Positions 36,180-49,254 of a DNA stretch of 64,000 bases are shown one piece after another; position 1 is the stretch's first letter; every line of letters begins with the position of its first letter. The notes under the pieces were generated by a model that was given only the letters and a program-made list of their open reading frames with translations, searched no databases and was not told where the DNA came from. This DNA is from Macrostomum lignano. Lineage: Eukaryota. The translations under genes were made by a program, and so were the position numbers. The DNA is taken from contig NIVC01000110.1 in NCBI GenBank assembly GCA_002269645.1, positions 682,001 to 746,000 on the forward strand. The letters are read 5' to 3'.

Positions 36180-39100
36180 ATGCTAGCTGGCCTGGGCAAG
36201 GTTTCAAGGTTTCAGATTTCACATAATAAGCCAATGATCCGTGATTCCTAATTAAAGTTTACTTTTGTCCGATTGGGCTTTGCGCTTAGAAAAGGTGAGC
36301 TGAGCACCATCTCACGATGACGATATTTGGGGCATTACTGCATCGGGTTCCTTTCAAGAGAGAATAATTAGCGGAAAAATTGTAATAACAGTAATTTCCC
36401 CAGACCTCTGAAATAAACCCTGGAACTTTTTTTCTCTATGTTGAAATATCTGCGGACTGCGGACTGCGGCTGTGTTATAGAACTAAGAAAATTAATGCTC
36501 GCTTGAATGATGATTAGCAGTAACACATGAAAGTCGCGAAGTTTTTTATTCGAGTTCTTTGATGCCAAGCCAACCTTTATTCGAGCAAATTTCACCAACT
36601 GAATTTCACCTCAGGTTGTGAGGAAGCTCTTCAACATTGCGTGCAGACAAGGTATCATCACCTGTTAGACAGGAGTGTCACCTGTTAGACAGGAGTGTCA
36701 CCTGTTAGAAAGGAGTGTCACCTGTTTGAGAGGAGTGTCACCTGTTAGACAGGAGTGTCACCTGTTGTTAGACAGAAGTGTCACCTGTTAGACAGGGGTG
36801 TCACCTGTTGTTAGACAGGAGTGTCACCTGTTAGACGGGGGTGTCACTTGTTAGACAGGAGTGTCACCTGTTAGACAGGAGTGTCACCTGTTTGAGAGGA
36901 GTGTCACATGTTAGACAGGAGTGTCACCTGTTAGACAGGAGTGTCACCTGTTTGACAGGAGTGTCACCTGTTAGAAAGGAGTGTCACCTGTTTGAGAGGA
37001 GTGTCACCTGTTAGACAGGAGTGTCACCTGTTGTTAGACAGAAGTGTCACCTGTTAGACAGGGGTGTCACCTGTTGTTAGACAGGAGTGTCACCTGTTAG
37101 ACAGGAGTGTCACCTGTTAGACAGGAGTGTCACCTGTTAGACAGGAGTGTCACCTGTTAGACAGAAGTGTCACCTGTTAGACAGGAGTGTCACCTGTTAG
37201 ACAGGAGTGTCACCTGTTAGACAGGGGTGTCACCTGTTAGACAGGGGTGTCACCAGTTGTATCTTGAATTTTAATGAACTAACGAATTAGTGCAACAACT
37301 ACAATGAAACATGGTTGCCGAACTAATGGTCTTCCTGTGACCTGCCAAATGGAGTTGCAGACAGCGGCGCATCGGTATCACAATGACTCTCACTGACCTT
37401 GAATTCACCATGCAGAATAAAATGCCACCGTTCCGGCATGGTAAATTAGCATAACTTCATAAATTTGCACCTTGACATGCGAACGCGCACAGTTTGCGAT
37501 CGGCTAATGAGAGGTCCGGAATAATGCAGTTCATTCTGCTTGCGAAGTCAGTTTAGTGCACTGCGCCTTGCTGATCTTAGGTGTAACTTTATTGGGCATG
37601 TACTAGGTACTATACGAGTATATGCAGACTATTACTGCAGAATCTTATAGGGCCGAACTTCACAAACGCGAAATTCCATAAGATCGAGCCTAAAATTGAT
37701 CACGAAATTGTGGAACGAAAGTTTAAGTCAAAAAGTAGACGGCGAGAGTAACTCTTCTTCTTAACAGACGTAAATGCGTCGTCATCTAATCTAGACCTAC
37801 TGTACTGTAGGTAAATATTGAATTTGGACAACTTTTTTTATTTTTTTGAAAACAAGTATGATGAAGTTTGACAGGCGTTCTGGACGCTGATTGCCTCCAA
37901 TAGGGCCTCCCCTAAGTGAAAAAATGGCTTCTTTTTCTGGTCATCGTTTATTTCAAAGTTCTTAAGGTACTTTACAAAATTTGTCAAACTATTGGTTTCG
38001 GAAAAGCTCATTTTACTACTCATGTAAGTAGGTTAAAAATTAATGCTATTTTGAAGGCTCATAAAATGCAGTAAATCTGAGGAGGTTCTGTCGACAGGAT
38101 TCTCTGATCATATCTGTGATGTGTTGTGTTATGGAAATGTTCGATTACTGTTTAGACATTGATTTAGACATTTTAGCGTAACGCGATGGATTGTATCACA
38201 ATTTCCTAGATATCTTACACCGTCATACATTCATGCCTACCGTTAGATATTTATGCCTACGTATAAAGCTGGTACTTTATGATGAACCTGATAGGTGTTG
38301 GTGTTACATGTTAGATATCGCTGGTACCTGTTAAATATCCACTTATGAAATATAAACCTTGGACCACAATTGCAGGCCTGCATGTTTTTTGGTCCTTCAG
38401 TAGTATTACAAGCGCAAATATACTTATTTTTTAATTTCAGTTGTCGAATACAGTTTACTAACAAGGGGAGGTAAGAGGTACTTATTATTATTAAATAATT
38501 ATTAAATTATTATTAATTAAATAAATTATTAATAAGAGGTCTTTATTCCTCACAACGTCACCATCTCACTCTATTCCTCACAGAGTCACCATCACTCTCT
38601 ATTCCTCACGAAATCATCATCTCCCTCTCTCTATTCCTCACGAAATCATCATCTCCCTCTCTCTATTCCTCACGAAATCATCATCCCCCTCTCTCTATTC
38701 CTCACGAAATCATCATCTCCCTCTCTCTATTCCTCACGAAATCATCATCTCCCTCTCTCTATTCCTCACGAAATCATCATCTCCCTCTCTCTATTCCTCA
38801 TGAAATCATCATCTCCCTCTCTCTATTCCTCACGAAATCATCATCTCCCTCTCTCTATTCCTCATGAAATCATCATCTCCCTCTCTCTATTCCTCACGAA
38901 ATCATCATCTCCCTCTCTCTATTCCTCACGAAATCATCATCCCCCTCTCTCTATTCCTCACGAAATCATCATCTCCCTCTCTCTATTCCTCACGTCACCA
39001 TCTCACTCTATTCCTCACAAAGTCAGCATCTCCCTCTCTCTATTCCTCACAAAGTCAGCATCTCCCTCTCTCTATTCCTCACGAAATCATCATCTCCCTC

Positions 39101-39530
39101 TCTCTATTCCTCACGAAATCATCATCTCCCTCTCTCTATTCCTCACGAAATCATCATCTCCCTCTCTCTATTCCTCACGAAATTATCATCTCCCTCTCTC
39201 TATTCCTCACGAAATCATTATCTCACACACACTCTCTACTCCTCACGAAATCATCATCTCCCTCTCTCTATTCCTCACGAAATCATCATCTCCCTCTCTC
39301 TATTCCTCACGAAATCATCATCTCCCTCTTTCTATTCCTCACGAAATCATCATCTCCCTCTCTCTATTCCTCACGAAATCATCATCTCCCTCTCTCTATT
39401 CCTCACGAAATCATCATCTCACACACACTCTCGATCCCTTGCTGTCACTTTCCCGCTCACAGGGTCGCAACGTCCTGGGCCCGAATACCTGCTCCACAAC
39501 AGGCTCACAGACCGCACTTCACTGCACTGA
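36180..39530 (+). CDS. Candidate 80-aa five-exon orphan ORF (or 5' exons/uORF of the RhoGEF transcript)
   Basis: Exons 36180-36200, 36258-36294, 36615-36651, 37361-37440, 39463-39530 all have GT-AG boundaries and join in frame: MLAGLGKFTFVRLGFALRKGCEEALQHCVQTRQRRIGITMTLTDLEFTMQNKMPPFRHGSQRPGPEYLLHNRLTDRTSLH*. No family recognised. Confidence 0.35.
36657..37255. repeat. 20-bp minisatellite (ACAGGAGTGTCACCTGTTAG)
   Basis: Starts 5 bp after a putative donor at 36651. Confidence 0.95.
38545..39425. repeat. 32-bp minisatellite (ATTCCTCACGAAATCATCATCTCCCTCTCTCT)
   Basis: Direct observation. Confidence 0.95.
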
Positions 39531-40107
39531 TATTTCGTTGACCAAAGCCAAATAATCTGTTGATAATAAATAAATCTTGAGAAAAAGCACTTGACAGGTT
39601 GCATGGCAGGTATAGATACATGCAGATTACGCCTCCGTAAGCCACAACCTGTAAAAGAGAGATCTGCCAATAAGTAAAAGTTGGCTTGGCCAAACAGGAA
39701 ACTTCAGTGTTTAGAGCAACAGCTATTTAGCATAATTTATTCAGCGCAATGCTAGGACAGCACTCTGCATACACATGCAGCAGCGGGCAGGAATGGGTCA
39801 GAAGCCTTCGCTGACTCATTGCTATAGTTTGCCTTTCTTGCTGACTGCATGTGGCCCGGCATGAAGGCTGTTTCTCTCTGCCAGTTACACAGTTCTTCGG
39901 CAGAATGGAAAAAAGAAGAGAGGCGGAGAGACGAACAAGAAGAAATTTATAAAAAGAAAAAAAAGTTGTTCACCACCGGCTGCCCTCTACGGTCATTTTA
40001 CAGTTGTTTTCTTACAGAGTCCTATTGAATTATCGAAAAAAGAAACATTTACTCAGCTTTCCTAATACTTCAGCACAACACGTGTCATGTAGGTATAGAA
40101 GTAGAAG

Positions 40108-43095
40108 ATGCCATCAGATCAGCGCCACCAGCTGCAGCCGGTTCAGGATGAGTCAGTAGAACTCAACTCCGAGCTGGACAGTGTTATGCAAGAGATTCTG
40201 TTTACAGAACGGTCCTACGTTGCCGATCTGAGTAGTCTAGTGATGGTGAGTCGGCTTGACCTTGAACTGACTAGATTGAACAACCGCTCAGAATGCTTTT
40301 TACTCTATGAATGCCGTACTCTTTGTTTTTCTGCATGTCATTTATGATTCATATATGATAAATAGATCATCAGACCTGCCAGAGTGGGTCAAGATGCCAT
40401 GCCACTGACACAGCATAGTGCGGTAAGATGCCATGCCACTGACACAGCATAGTGCGGTAAGATGCCATGCCACTGACACAGCATAGTGCGGTAAGATGCC
40501 ATGCCACTGACAGCAGCATAGTGCGGTAAGATGCCATGCCACTGACACAGCATAGTGCGGTAAGATGCCATGCCACTGACACAACATAGTGCGATAAGAT
40601 GCCATGCCACTGACACAGCATAGTGCGGTAAGATGCCATGCCACTGACACAGCATAGTGCGGTAAGATGCCATGCCACTGACACAGCATAGTGCGGTAAG
40701 ATGCCATGCCACTGACACAGCATAGTGCGGTAAGATGCCATGCCACTGACACAGCATAGTGCGGTAAGATGCCATGCCACTGACACAGCATAGTGCGGTA
40801 AGATGCCATGCCACTGACACAGCATAGTGCGGTAAGATGCCATGCCACTGACACAACATAGTGTGATAAGATGCCATGCCACTGACACAGCATAGTGCGG
40901 TAAGATGCCATGCCACTGACACAGCATAGTGCGGTAAGATGCCATGCCACTGACACAGCATAGTGCGGTAAGATGCCATGCCACTGACACAGCATAGTGC
41001 GGTAAGATGCCATGCCACTGACACAGCATAGTGTGATAAGATGCCATGCCACTGACACAGCATAGTGCGGTAAGATGCCATGCCACTGACACAGCATAGT
41101 GCGGTAAGATGCCATGCCCACTGGCTGCTAATGACAACTACCCTTCCCCCCGAAACTCAAACCCACAGGCGGATCTCGGACGCGACTGCCCTCTTCGAAA
41201 TCCTTTGCTACGCTTGCAGAAACTGCACACCGGACTTCTGGCTGCGCTGGAGGCGGCTGATGGTCAGTTGGACCCGCTCTGTCAGGCCTTTCTGGACTGC
41301 GACTTTCGAGTTTATGCCGAGTATTGTGCCAGCTTTCCCGGGTAGGTGTATCGAGTATTCGGGTTCTTGATATCCTGAGTCCCCGCAGACGCCCTCAATG
41401 TTAGTCCGGAAGTCCTCATTATTGGTCCCTGACGTCCTGATCATTACTGATGCTTGAAGTCTTTATTTTGGGTCCTTGCTTGCCATCCCTATTTTATGTT
41501 CCTGACATTCCTCTGGAAGCTTCCGACAACTTATTTAGTCTTCCTGAAATTGCTGTCGAATGTCCCTGACATACCTGGACTAACAGCTGTTTAAAAATTG
41601 CAGCGCACTCGAATGGCTCAGGCAAGTTCGGGTCGCATCGGAATCGCCTCGACTGCAACGACGTCAAAACCAGCAGCAGCTGCAGCACCAGGCCTTGTTG
41701 ATGCTGCACCTGCGACTGCCGCTGGAGGCGCACCTGCTGCAGCCTGTGCAGCGCATCGCCCGCTACCCGCTGCTCCTTCGACGTCTGGCGGCCGCAGCCG
41801 ACGGCAATCCGGCTCGTCCGGCAGCCGCTCGAGCAGCAGCCCGCATGACTGAAGCTGCCGCCGAGACTGACCAAAGGCAGCGTCGACAGCAGCAGGCTGA
41901 GCGACTGCTTCGAGCAGCTGTGGCCTCCTCCGACAGCACTGTTGGCTCCTCGTCCCGCTGGCCAGGTCCGCTGCTGCTGGAGAGCGGCTTCTCCGTTCAA
42001 GGACATCGAAACCCTCGCCGAGCACTACTATTCGGCAGAGCCCTTTTGCTGACAAAGTGTAAAAATAATACCGCATCAACTGACCCCGAAAGCGAACTGT
42101 CACTTCGGGCTGTTTTCTGGTTCGACCGACTGGCATTGATGGACTCGCTGCCTAGGGAGCCGCTGGCGTTCCGCCTACTGGCACTCGACAGGCCACCGCC
42201 CGAGGCTGCAGAGGCCACACTGCGGGCTGACACACCGGCTCAGAAGCGGCTCTGGTGTGGCGAGTTGCGGCGACTCATCCTGGAGGCGATCGGGGGAGGC
42301 TGCGCGAGCTTTGACCAGGACGACGAGGCACCAGCAGTAGCCTCAGCAACAACCGACGGAACATGCTCTCGTCGACGCTCCGTCATGCCACGACGCAGCC
42401 GCTCTGATGCCGGCAATCGAAGGCGGCCGGGCCGGCCTTTCGAGCCCTGCCTGGCAGCGTACGCCCAGCGGCTACGAGTTCAGGACGTCGTCACTGAGGC
42501 GGATGTACAGCCTCTGCTGACGGCACTCTGGGGCGTTGGAGTTTGCCTTAACAGTAATGGCAGCGGAAACAGCGGCCGCGGCGGCAGCTTCAAGCGTAGA
42601 GACTCCCTGACGGCTGCGTCCAACTTGGTCGGCTCGCTGCTCCGACGCCGAGGCAGCGGCTGCTCGTCTTTGACTTCGTCGCCAAGGATTCTGCGTCGAC
42701 GAGGGATGGCGGACGACAAAACGGAAAAGAAATCGGCGCCAACAGTAGTTCTGACACCGGCTGCTGAAGATGGCGCTGAAGCAGCATCAGAGACCGTCAA
42801 GCTTCGATCTTCATCACGTCAGACTCCGACGGTGCCAGAAGATCTGGCCGGGCTGATCGACTCGCTGCCCTACGCTGATGCCGACGAACGAGCTCGACTG
42901 TCGACGGCGGCTGCTGCCGCTGCGGCTGCGGCTTCCGCGGACATCAAAGAATGGCGTTCCACGAAGGACTGGTCAGGAGAGAACATTTTCTGGAAGAGGG
43001 CACTGCTTGACCCGCCAGAAATGTCCTCTGCCGCTGCTGCTGGAGCTGCGGCAGCCGCTGAAAGGCAGCCAAGAACCATTCAGACGCAGCTGTGA
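40108..43095 (+). CDS. DH-PH Rho guanine nucleotide exchange factor, PLEKHG1/2/3-like
   Basis: Exons 40108-40245, 41169-41341, 41604-43095. DH motifs VMQEILFTERSYVADL, FRVYAEYC, LPLEAHLLQPVQRIARYPLLLRRL. PH region LLLESGFSVQGHRNPRRALLFGRALLLTK..TLRADTPAQKRLWCGELRRLILE. Confidence 0.85.
40391..41118. repeat. 34-bp minisatellite (AAGATGCCATGCCACTGACACAGCATAGTGCGGT)
   Basis: RhoGEF intron 1. Confidence 0.95.
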
Positions 43096-43519
43096 TTGAG
43101 ATACTAATTATGTAGTGATAAATAGATCTGGCAGTTTTATATTTTACCGATACTCATAATCATATATGCTTATCTCAAATTTACAACTTTTATATTTTAA
43201 AATCCCTTTCTGAGCTGATAATCTTGCCAATTCAGAGGGATTACAACAAGTTATTATTGTCAAATATCAGCACAGCTCGATTCAAAGAGGGCTTCGTATT
43301 ATATTTTCGACCTTTCTTTGAATGCGATTGCAGATTTTAATCCACTTCGTTTTATTGCCGCCGTTTAAAAAATCCGACAAATTATAACGAATACTGTAAC
43401 GACACAAAGCCGGAAAAACGATATTGTTTGCAGCTTATTAATAGAGCTGATAAATGGAAATACTGGAGCAGTACTAAATTAGAATTATAATGGAATTTAA
43501 CTTTCAGTTAAAAATTCAA

Positions 43520-44874
43520 TTAACTCTTCTGTATATTCTGGTTCCGCCGAACAACCTTTACTTCAGGATCTTTTAGCTGCTCAGGTTGCAGTGACTGCTG
43601 GAGCTGCCGCTGCTGCTGTTGTTGTTGTTGATGTTGTTGCTGCTGACTGAGCTCCTGTCTAAACTGCAGCAGGCCCACCGCCAGCTGTTGAAGTCTTCTT
43701 GCTAATTGACAATTTTTCTCGTTTTACTGAAGCTGAAAGTGCCAGAGAATGTTACAAAGGCTGCCTATTCGTGAAACATTGATCGGTGCTTCTTGGACAT
43801 ATCGATGATCGCAGATACACACAGTGGACACATCGATATCACAGATGCACAAAGTGGACACATCGATTATTGCAGATACACACAGAGGACACATGGATTA
43901 TCGCAGATACACACAGTGGACACATGAATTATCGCAGATACACACAGTGGACACATGGATTATCGTAGATACACACAGTGGACACATGAATTATCGCAGA
44001 TACACACAGTGGACACATGGATTATCGTAGATACACACAGTGGACACATGGATTATCACAGATACACACAGTGGACACATGGATTATCGCAGATACACAC
44101 AGTGGACACATCGATTATCGCAGATACACACAGTGGACACATCGATGATCGCAGATACACACAGTGGACACATGGATTATCGCAGATACACACAGTGGAC
44201 ACATGGATTATCACAGATACACACAGTGGACACATCGATTATCGCAGATACACACAGAGGACACATCGATTATCACAGATACACACAGAGGACACATCGA
44301 TTATCGCAGATACACACAGTGGACACATCGATTATCGCAGATACACACAGTGGACACATCGATCATCGCAGATACACACAGTGGACACATCGATCATCGC
44401 AGATACACACAGTGGACACATCGATCATCGCAGATACACACAGTGGACACATCGATTATCGCAGATACACACAGAGGACACATGGATTATCGCAGATACA
44501 CACAGTGGACACATGGATTATCGCAGATACACACAGTGGACACATCGATTATCGCTATCTTAGATGCACACAGAGAGGACACCCTGAAGATTAGAGTGCA
44601 TTACCATGTCAGCCTGAACTTCTCCCAGCTTGTCCATCTTTCTCTCGGCTTTTGTTCCGACCTCCTGTCCAGCTGACTCGTTCGATGTCGGCGTCGGCTG
44701 CTTGCCGGGATTTTTAAGGCCTGTCTGCGCTTGTCGCTTCCGCCGCTGCTGCAGCTGCTTGTCCAGCGACACAACCAGCTGGCCCCATTCCAGCACGTCC
44801 GTTGACGAAGCCTTCTGACCTGGTGCGGAAGCCGCGTTGGGCGTCAGGCTTCGATGCAATTGAGAGGCCGACAT
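43520..44874 (-). CDS. Small Q-rich coiled-coil protein of unknown function (~157 aa)
   Basis: Exons 44583-44874 and 43520-43701 join in phase 1 (..HSNLQ-A-RRLQQLAVGLLQFRQELSQQQ..). GC-rich codon-like sequence; acceptor ttgtttag 6 nt before the ATG; the intron is filled by a 31-bp minisatellite. Confidence 0.55.
43800..44560. repeat. 31-bp minisatellite (ATCGCAGATACACACAGTGGACACATSGATT)
   Basis: Intron of the coiled-coil orphan. Confidence 0.95.
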
Positions 44875-45475
44875 TTCCAACTAAACAAATTCGTTTTAAA
44901 ACGCTACGAACTAGCGCTACACTTAAAACGAGGAAAAATTAAAGAGAGTTTCTGCGCCTGTGCTGCCACGCTGAGGGCCTTTTTAGGTTTCTGAAGAGAG
45001 CCATAAGGGTAGAGAGTAGTATTATTACTGCACTGCAGATATAGAAGAGGGCTATTTGGGTGACACTTTAGCCATGGAGTACTGGAGAGGCAGGCTCTGG
45101 AACGGAATGTTCATGTAAATACAGCTTTTTGTGATTTTCCGCTACAGCAAGAGATGGTCAGAGTAAAGCCGGCCCTACCAGATACAACTGGACCCCGTGG
45201 TCACGACTCCCACCTCCTCAGGATATCGAGATCTTATGATACGAGCGTATTAAGTATTTGAAGGAGTGTGGGCAGCCGGGCGCACCCTCCTTCGACAACA
45301 TCGTCCCACAACCATCGCTGAGGCAATGCTGACCATTCCGCATGACCCCTGAGCACACAAACGCTCACACAGGGTGCACAGCGGCGCCGACTTTCTAAGC
45401 ATCTGGAATGTACGCTCGTGTACACTCTATGCGCCTCGGTGTTGGCCCTCGTGACTGTGAATCTTCAATCGGGGT

Positions 45476-45747
45476 CCGCTCCAGATCCGCTCCAGATCCG
45501 CTCCAGATCCGCTCCAGATCCGCTCCAGATCCGCTCCAGATCCGCTCCAGATCCGCTCCAGATCCGCTCCAGATCCGCTCCATGAGATTCGCTCCAGATC
45601 CGCTCCAGATCCGCTCCAGATCCGCTCCAGATCCGCTCCAGATCCGCTCCATGAGATCCGCTCCAGATCCGCTCCAGATCCGCTCCAGATCCGCTCCATG
45701 AGATCCGCTCCAGATCCGCTCCAGATCCGCTCCAGATCCGCTCCAGA
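45476..45747. repeat. 11-bp minisatellite (CCAGATCCGCT)
   Basis: Direct observation. Confidence 0.95.
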
Positions 45748-46193
45748 CTTCTAGCCTGAGGCGTCCGTGCATCTGTCAGTGCAGGGTGGCGGAGGGGCGG
45801 GGGCGGGGGGCAGATAAGACAGACAGAGTTGCTGCTGCATTGTACAAGTGCGCACGTTGTAAATTCAACATTCCACTCTACACATCAGTGTTCTCGAGAG
45901 CGCGCGCTTTGTGCGTGATAGATCTACATTTATCAGGTTATGCCATCCCGCAAAATAAGCAAGTATTAAATTTCAGTTATTACTGTGCCTTCAGCATTGT
46001 ATAATTGTCGGTATTGTGGGGTGCAGTGAAACAGGTGACCGAACACCTGACCATATTTGGTTTGGACTGTGTCTCAGTGTTTCAATGCAATTGAACTCGT
46101 GTGAAACAGTTATAACAAATATTAATAATGAAACAATTTTTTTCCAACGGGAAACTTTTATAGTCCGTAGGCCCACCAGGCGGTGAGGCGAAA

Positions 46194-49100
46194 TCAGTGG
46201 CTGTCACGGTTTCCAACGGTCATCAGCTGCATCAGTCGGGTGTTAATCAGCATGGAAACCAGCGACGCTGCCGCCATCTTGCCAGTCATAGCCGCTGTGA
46301 CTCGACTACCAGTGAGACAATGAAAGAAGAAAATATTGATGAAGATGGCGTGCTCAATCAGCGAGCCAGACTCCCCAACCATGTAGGCTGAGAAGAACGG
46401 ACCGGCGGCGTCTTCAAAGGTTTCTGACATGGACTCTGGCTCGTACAGGTGCCGAGCCACCAGGAGATTGGTTCGCCAGTTGTCTTGCAGCGCGGCGCCG
46501 GTCAGGTTGTTGTACACCAGCTGCACTTGGTGACTGTCCATCGCTTCGGAGAGGCGAATTCGAAAATTCTCAGTCTTGAAGGTGAGGATCTCCGCAACGA
46601 GGAGGCTGTGCCAATCCAGCGACTCCTTGGTCTCGCAGAATAGAAATAAAAATGGTTTTAGTAGAAATCCCATCGCCTGACGAATGGTGACAATGCTGTT
46701 GGTGATGCAGGACAGGTAGTGGAACAGAGCGTCTATCATTAGGCAGAGTATGATGGTGCTGAGCTTGGCAATCAGCGTCACCTTGCTGACCAGGGTCGCC
46801 AGCCTGAGACCGTCTAAGGCGCCCGAACACACACGGTAGAATATGGAACCGGCTGCCGCCTTACCTGGAGTTGTGAGATTAGGGGAATTGTATGTTGTTT
46901 GCACGGGTCTTTGTAGGTAGCCAGGTAGGTAGATTTGTAAAGCTCGGTTATGTCTTTGTGTCCGTTTTAGTCTTTATTGAAAAACGATGCCATTAATCCA
47001 GCATTCGTGTTTTTGTACAGGCACAAGTCTTTGTGTACGTACGACACTTGTACAGCTATGGAAGTCTTTGTACAGGTAACATGAGTCTTTTTACAGGCTG
47101 CATGAGTCTTTTTACAGGTTGCATGAGTCATTTTACAGGTACACTTCATCTAAACGACAATCAGACTCACCCGGCTGCTGGAACCCGGCGCAGCTGACGT
47201 AAAGCTTCGTCCTGAGCGGGTACAACACCTTGCAGATTGGCACAGTGCTCAGGATGGACATCTGCCGCAGCACAACCGCTTGCAGCAGGAATTTCTCCCT
47301 ATTGACACCGAAATACGCAAACCGCCTGTCAGTGGACGCTGTGGCGCTGTGCAGCATCACCGTGCAGACGAACGCAGCTTCCGACTCCGACAGTCGACGC
47401 AAATACGGAAACAGCAGCAGTATCACGCACGGCGCGGCCATGAACTCGGTGCCCAGCATCGCTAGAACTTCGACGCCTGTCAGACCGATGAAGTTGCCGC
47501 CGCACACGCTGAAAAGTCGGACCAAGGAGGAGATGGCGTTGATGTCGTGCAGCACCCCGATGCACACACCGTCTAGCAGGACGGTGATGAGCAACGAGAT
47601 GAAGTCCGGTCCGCAGCCCGTGTTCCCCGACTGCCAGCCGAGCCGGTCGAGATCCAGCCGCGGCACAAAGTCCAAGGCGTCGCGGAAGGCGAGCAAGCTG
47701 GGAAAAGCCTGCTCAAATCGGTGAGCGGAGTTCTGCAGCTTGTAGAATGCCAGCTGCAGCAGGTAGTAGAGCAGGCAGCTCGCTCTGGAAAGATTCGAGT
47801 TTGGAAGTATCAAAATACACAGTCAGTGGCTTACTCCGGGGGCGTTTTGACCGAGTGGTCAATAGACAGGAGGTCAATGGACAGGTTAAAGGACAAGCGC
47901 TCAATGGACAGATCAATGGACAGGAGGTCAATGGACAGGAGGTCAATGGACAGGAGGTCAATGGACATGTTAAAGGACAGGAGCTCAATGGACAGATCAA
48001 TGGACAGGAGGTCAATGGACAGGAGGTCAATGGACAGGAGGTCAGTGGACAAGAAGTGAAAATTAGAACTTCACGCGGGGCTGGCGGAGCGCAGGGCCCA
48101 GTGCCTCACATGACGCAGCCCCACTGCACAGCCAGCAGGTCAGTTGAGAAGAGGCACAGGGACAGAAGCAGAAACGCCACGCTGAAGATGCAGTGCAGAA
48201 CGTCTGGGCGCATCTGCTGAGTATCGATGATGATTGTGCAATGGTGCGCCACGCACAGCATGGTCACCATAGCGATGACGAACTTTTTCATTCTCATAGT
48301 TGCAGTGGCCCATTTGGCTCCGATGAAGTATGACAGCTTCTTTGGGTGCAGACTCCGGCTGATGCTCGACAGCGAGTGGCCCTGTTCTAGCTGGGGAATA
48401 TAAGTATGGGGATTTAATTGGGATTGCGAATCACCACACGATGTAGCAGGTGAAGATAGCTAATGTGAGGTGTAAGTGGCCAATCACCAGGTTTAAAGAT
48501 AGCTAATGACCAGATCTAAAGGTAGCCAATGACCAGATCTAAATGTAACTAATAATCATATTTATAGGTAGCTAATGACCAGATTTATAGGTAGCTAATG
48601 ACCAGATTTAACTTTAGATTTAAGGTGAAAAGAGTTAACAGAGTCTGGAAAGGCGAACCCCACCTCCAGCCGCATATGCCAGACCGCCGTGTCGAAGTCC
48701 GCCTCGCTCAGGGCTCTGGCAGCGGCTGCCTGCCGAGCAAACCCAGTTGCCAGCCTGGCGAAGCAGAGCAGCAGGATGGTGGCGCACAGGCCGGCCTTGA
48801 AACCCGTGCTGGTCAGTCCGATAACAGCTGCCCAGTGAGAGGCGATGTCGGACAGGTGAATTGCTCGGAACAGGTAGAAGTGCAGCAGTCCAAGGCCCAC
48901 CACGGTGCCAACTAGGGGCCAAATTCGTTGAGCTATCAGGAACAGAAGACGGAAGAGCTCCCTGGTCAGGCTCGTGAGCTGATCGACACCCCGAATGATG
49001 CCTGTCATCTGTTTGGACTGAGCAGCCGAGGACAAGTCAGTGCCCGCAGCGATAAGCATTGAGTTGGTCACACTGCCCGTGTTATCGTACAGCACCCGGT

Positions 49101-49254
49101 TCAGGCCCTCCTGCTCTTCGCGATCCATCAGCTCCAAGAAGTCGTCTTCAATCAGGTCGGCCTGGTCGTGATGGTCGATGCATTCATCGGTGTCGCTCGA
49201 GCTGCTGCTGTTGCTGAGGTCAGACTCAGAGTCCCAGTAGTGCCTGGGTCTCAT
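46194..49254 (-). CDS. Multipass membrane protein, probably divergent TRC8_N (RNF145/RNF139)-like; RING absent from the contiguous ORF
   Basis: Exons 48664-49254, 48110-48390, 47171-47784, 46194-46864 in consistent phases (~720 aa, many hydrophobic segments). FLL-x8-SIL-x10-P-x4-L-x2-S, ITNSIVTIRQAMGFLLKPFLF and LVA..SET..GE..GS.I..IFI align by eye to RNF145 (ISSSILTSLQVLGTLFIYVLF etc.). Gene existence is well supported; identity is moderate. Confidence 0.6.
47862..48052. repeat. 15-bp minisatellite (GGACAGGAGGTCAAT)
   Basis: Intron 2 of the TRC8_N-like gene. Confidence 0.9.

Noticed and set aside
41494-43079. Several minus-strand ORFs over the RhoGEF, and plus-strand ORFs over PIM, amt and the TRC8_N-like gene
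   Set aside because: Antisense or alternate-frame shadows of GC-rich coding exons.
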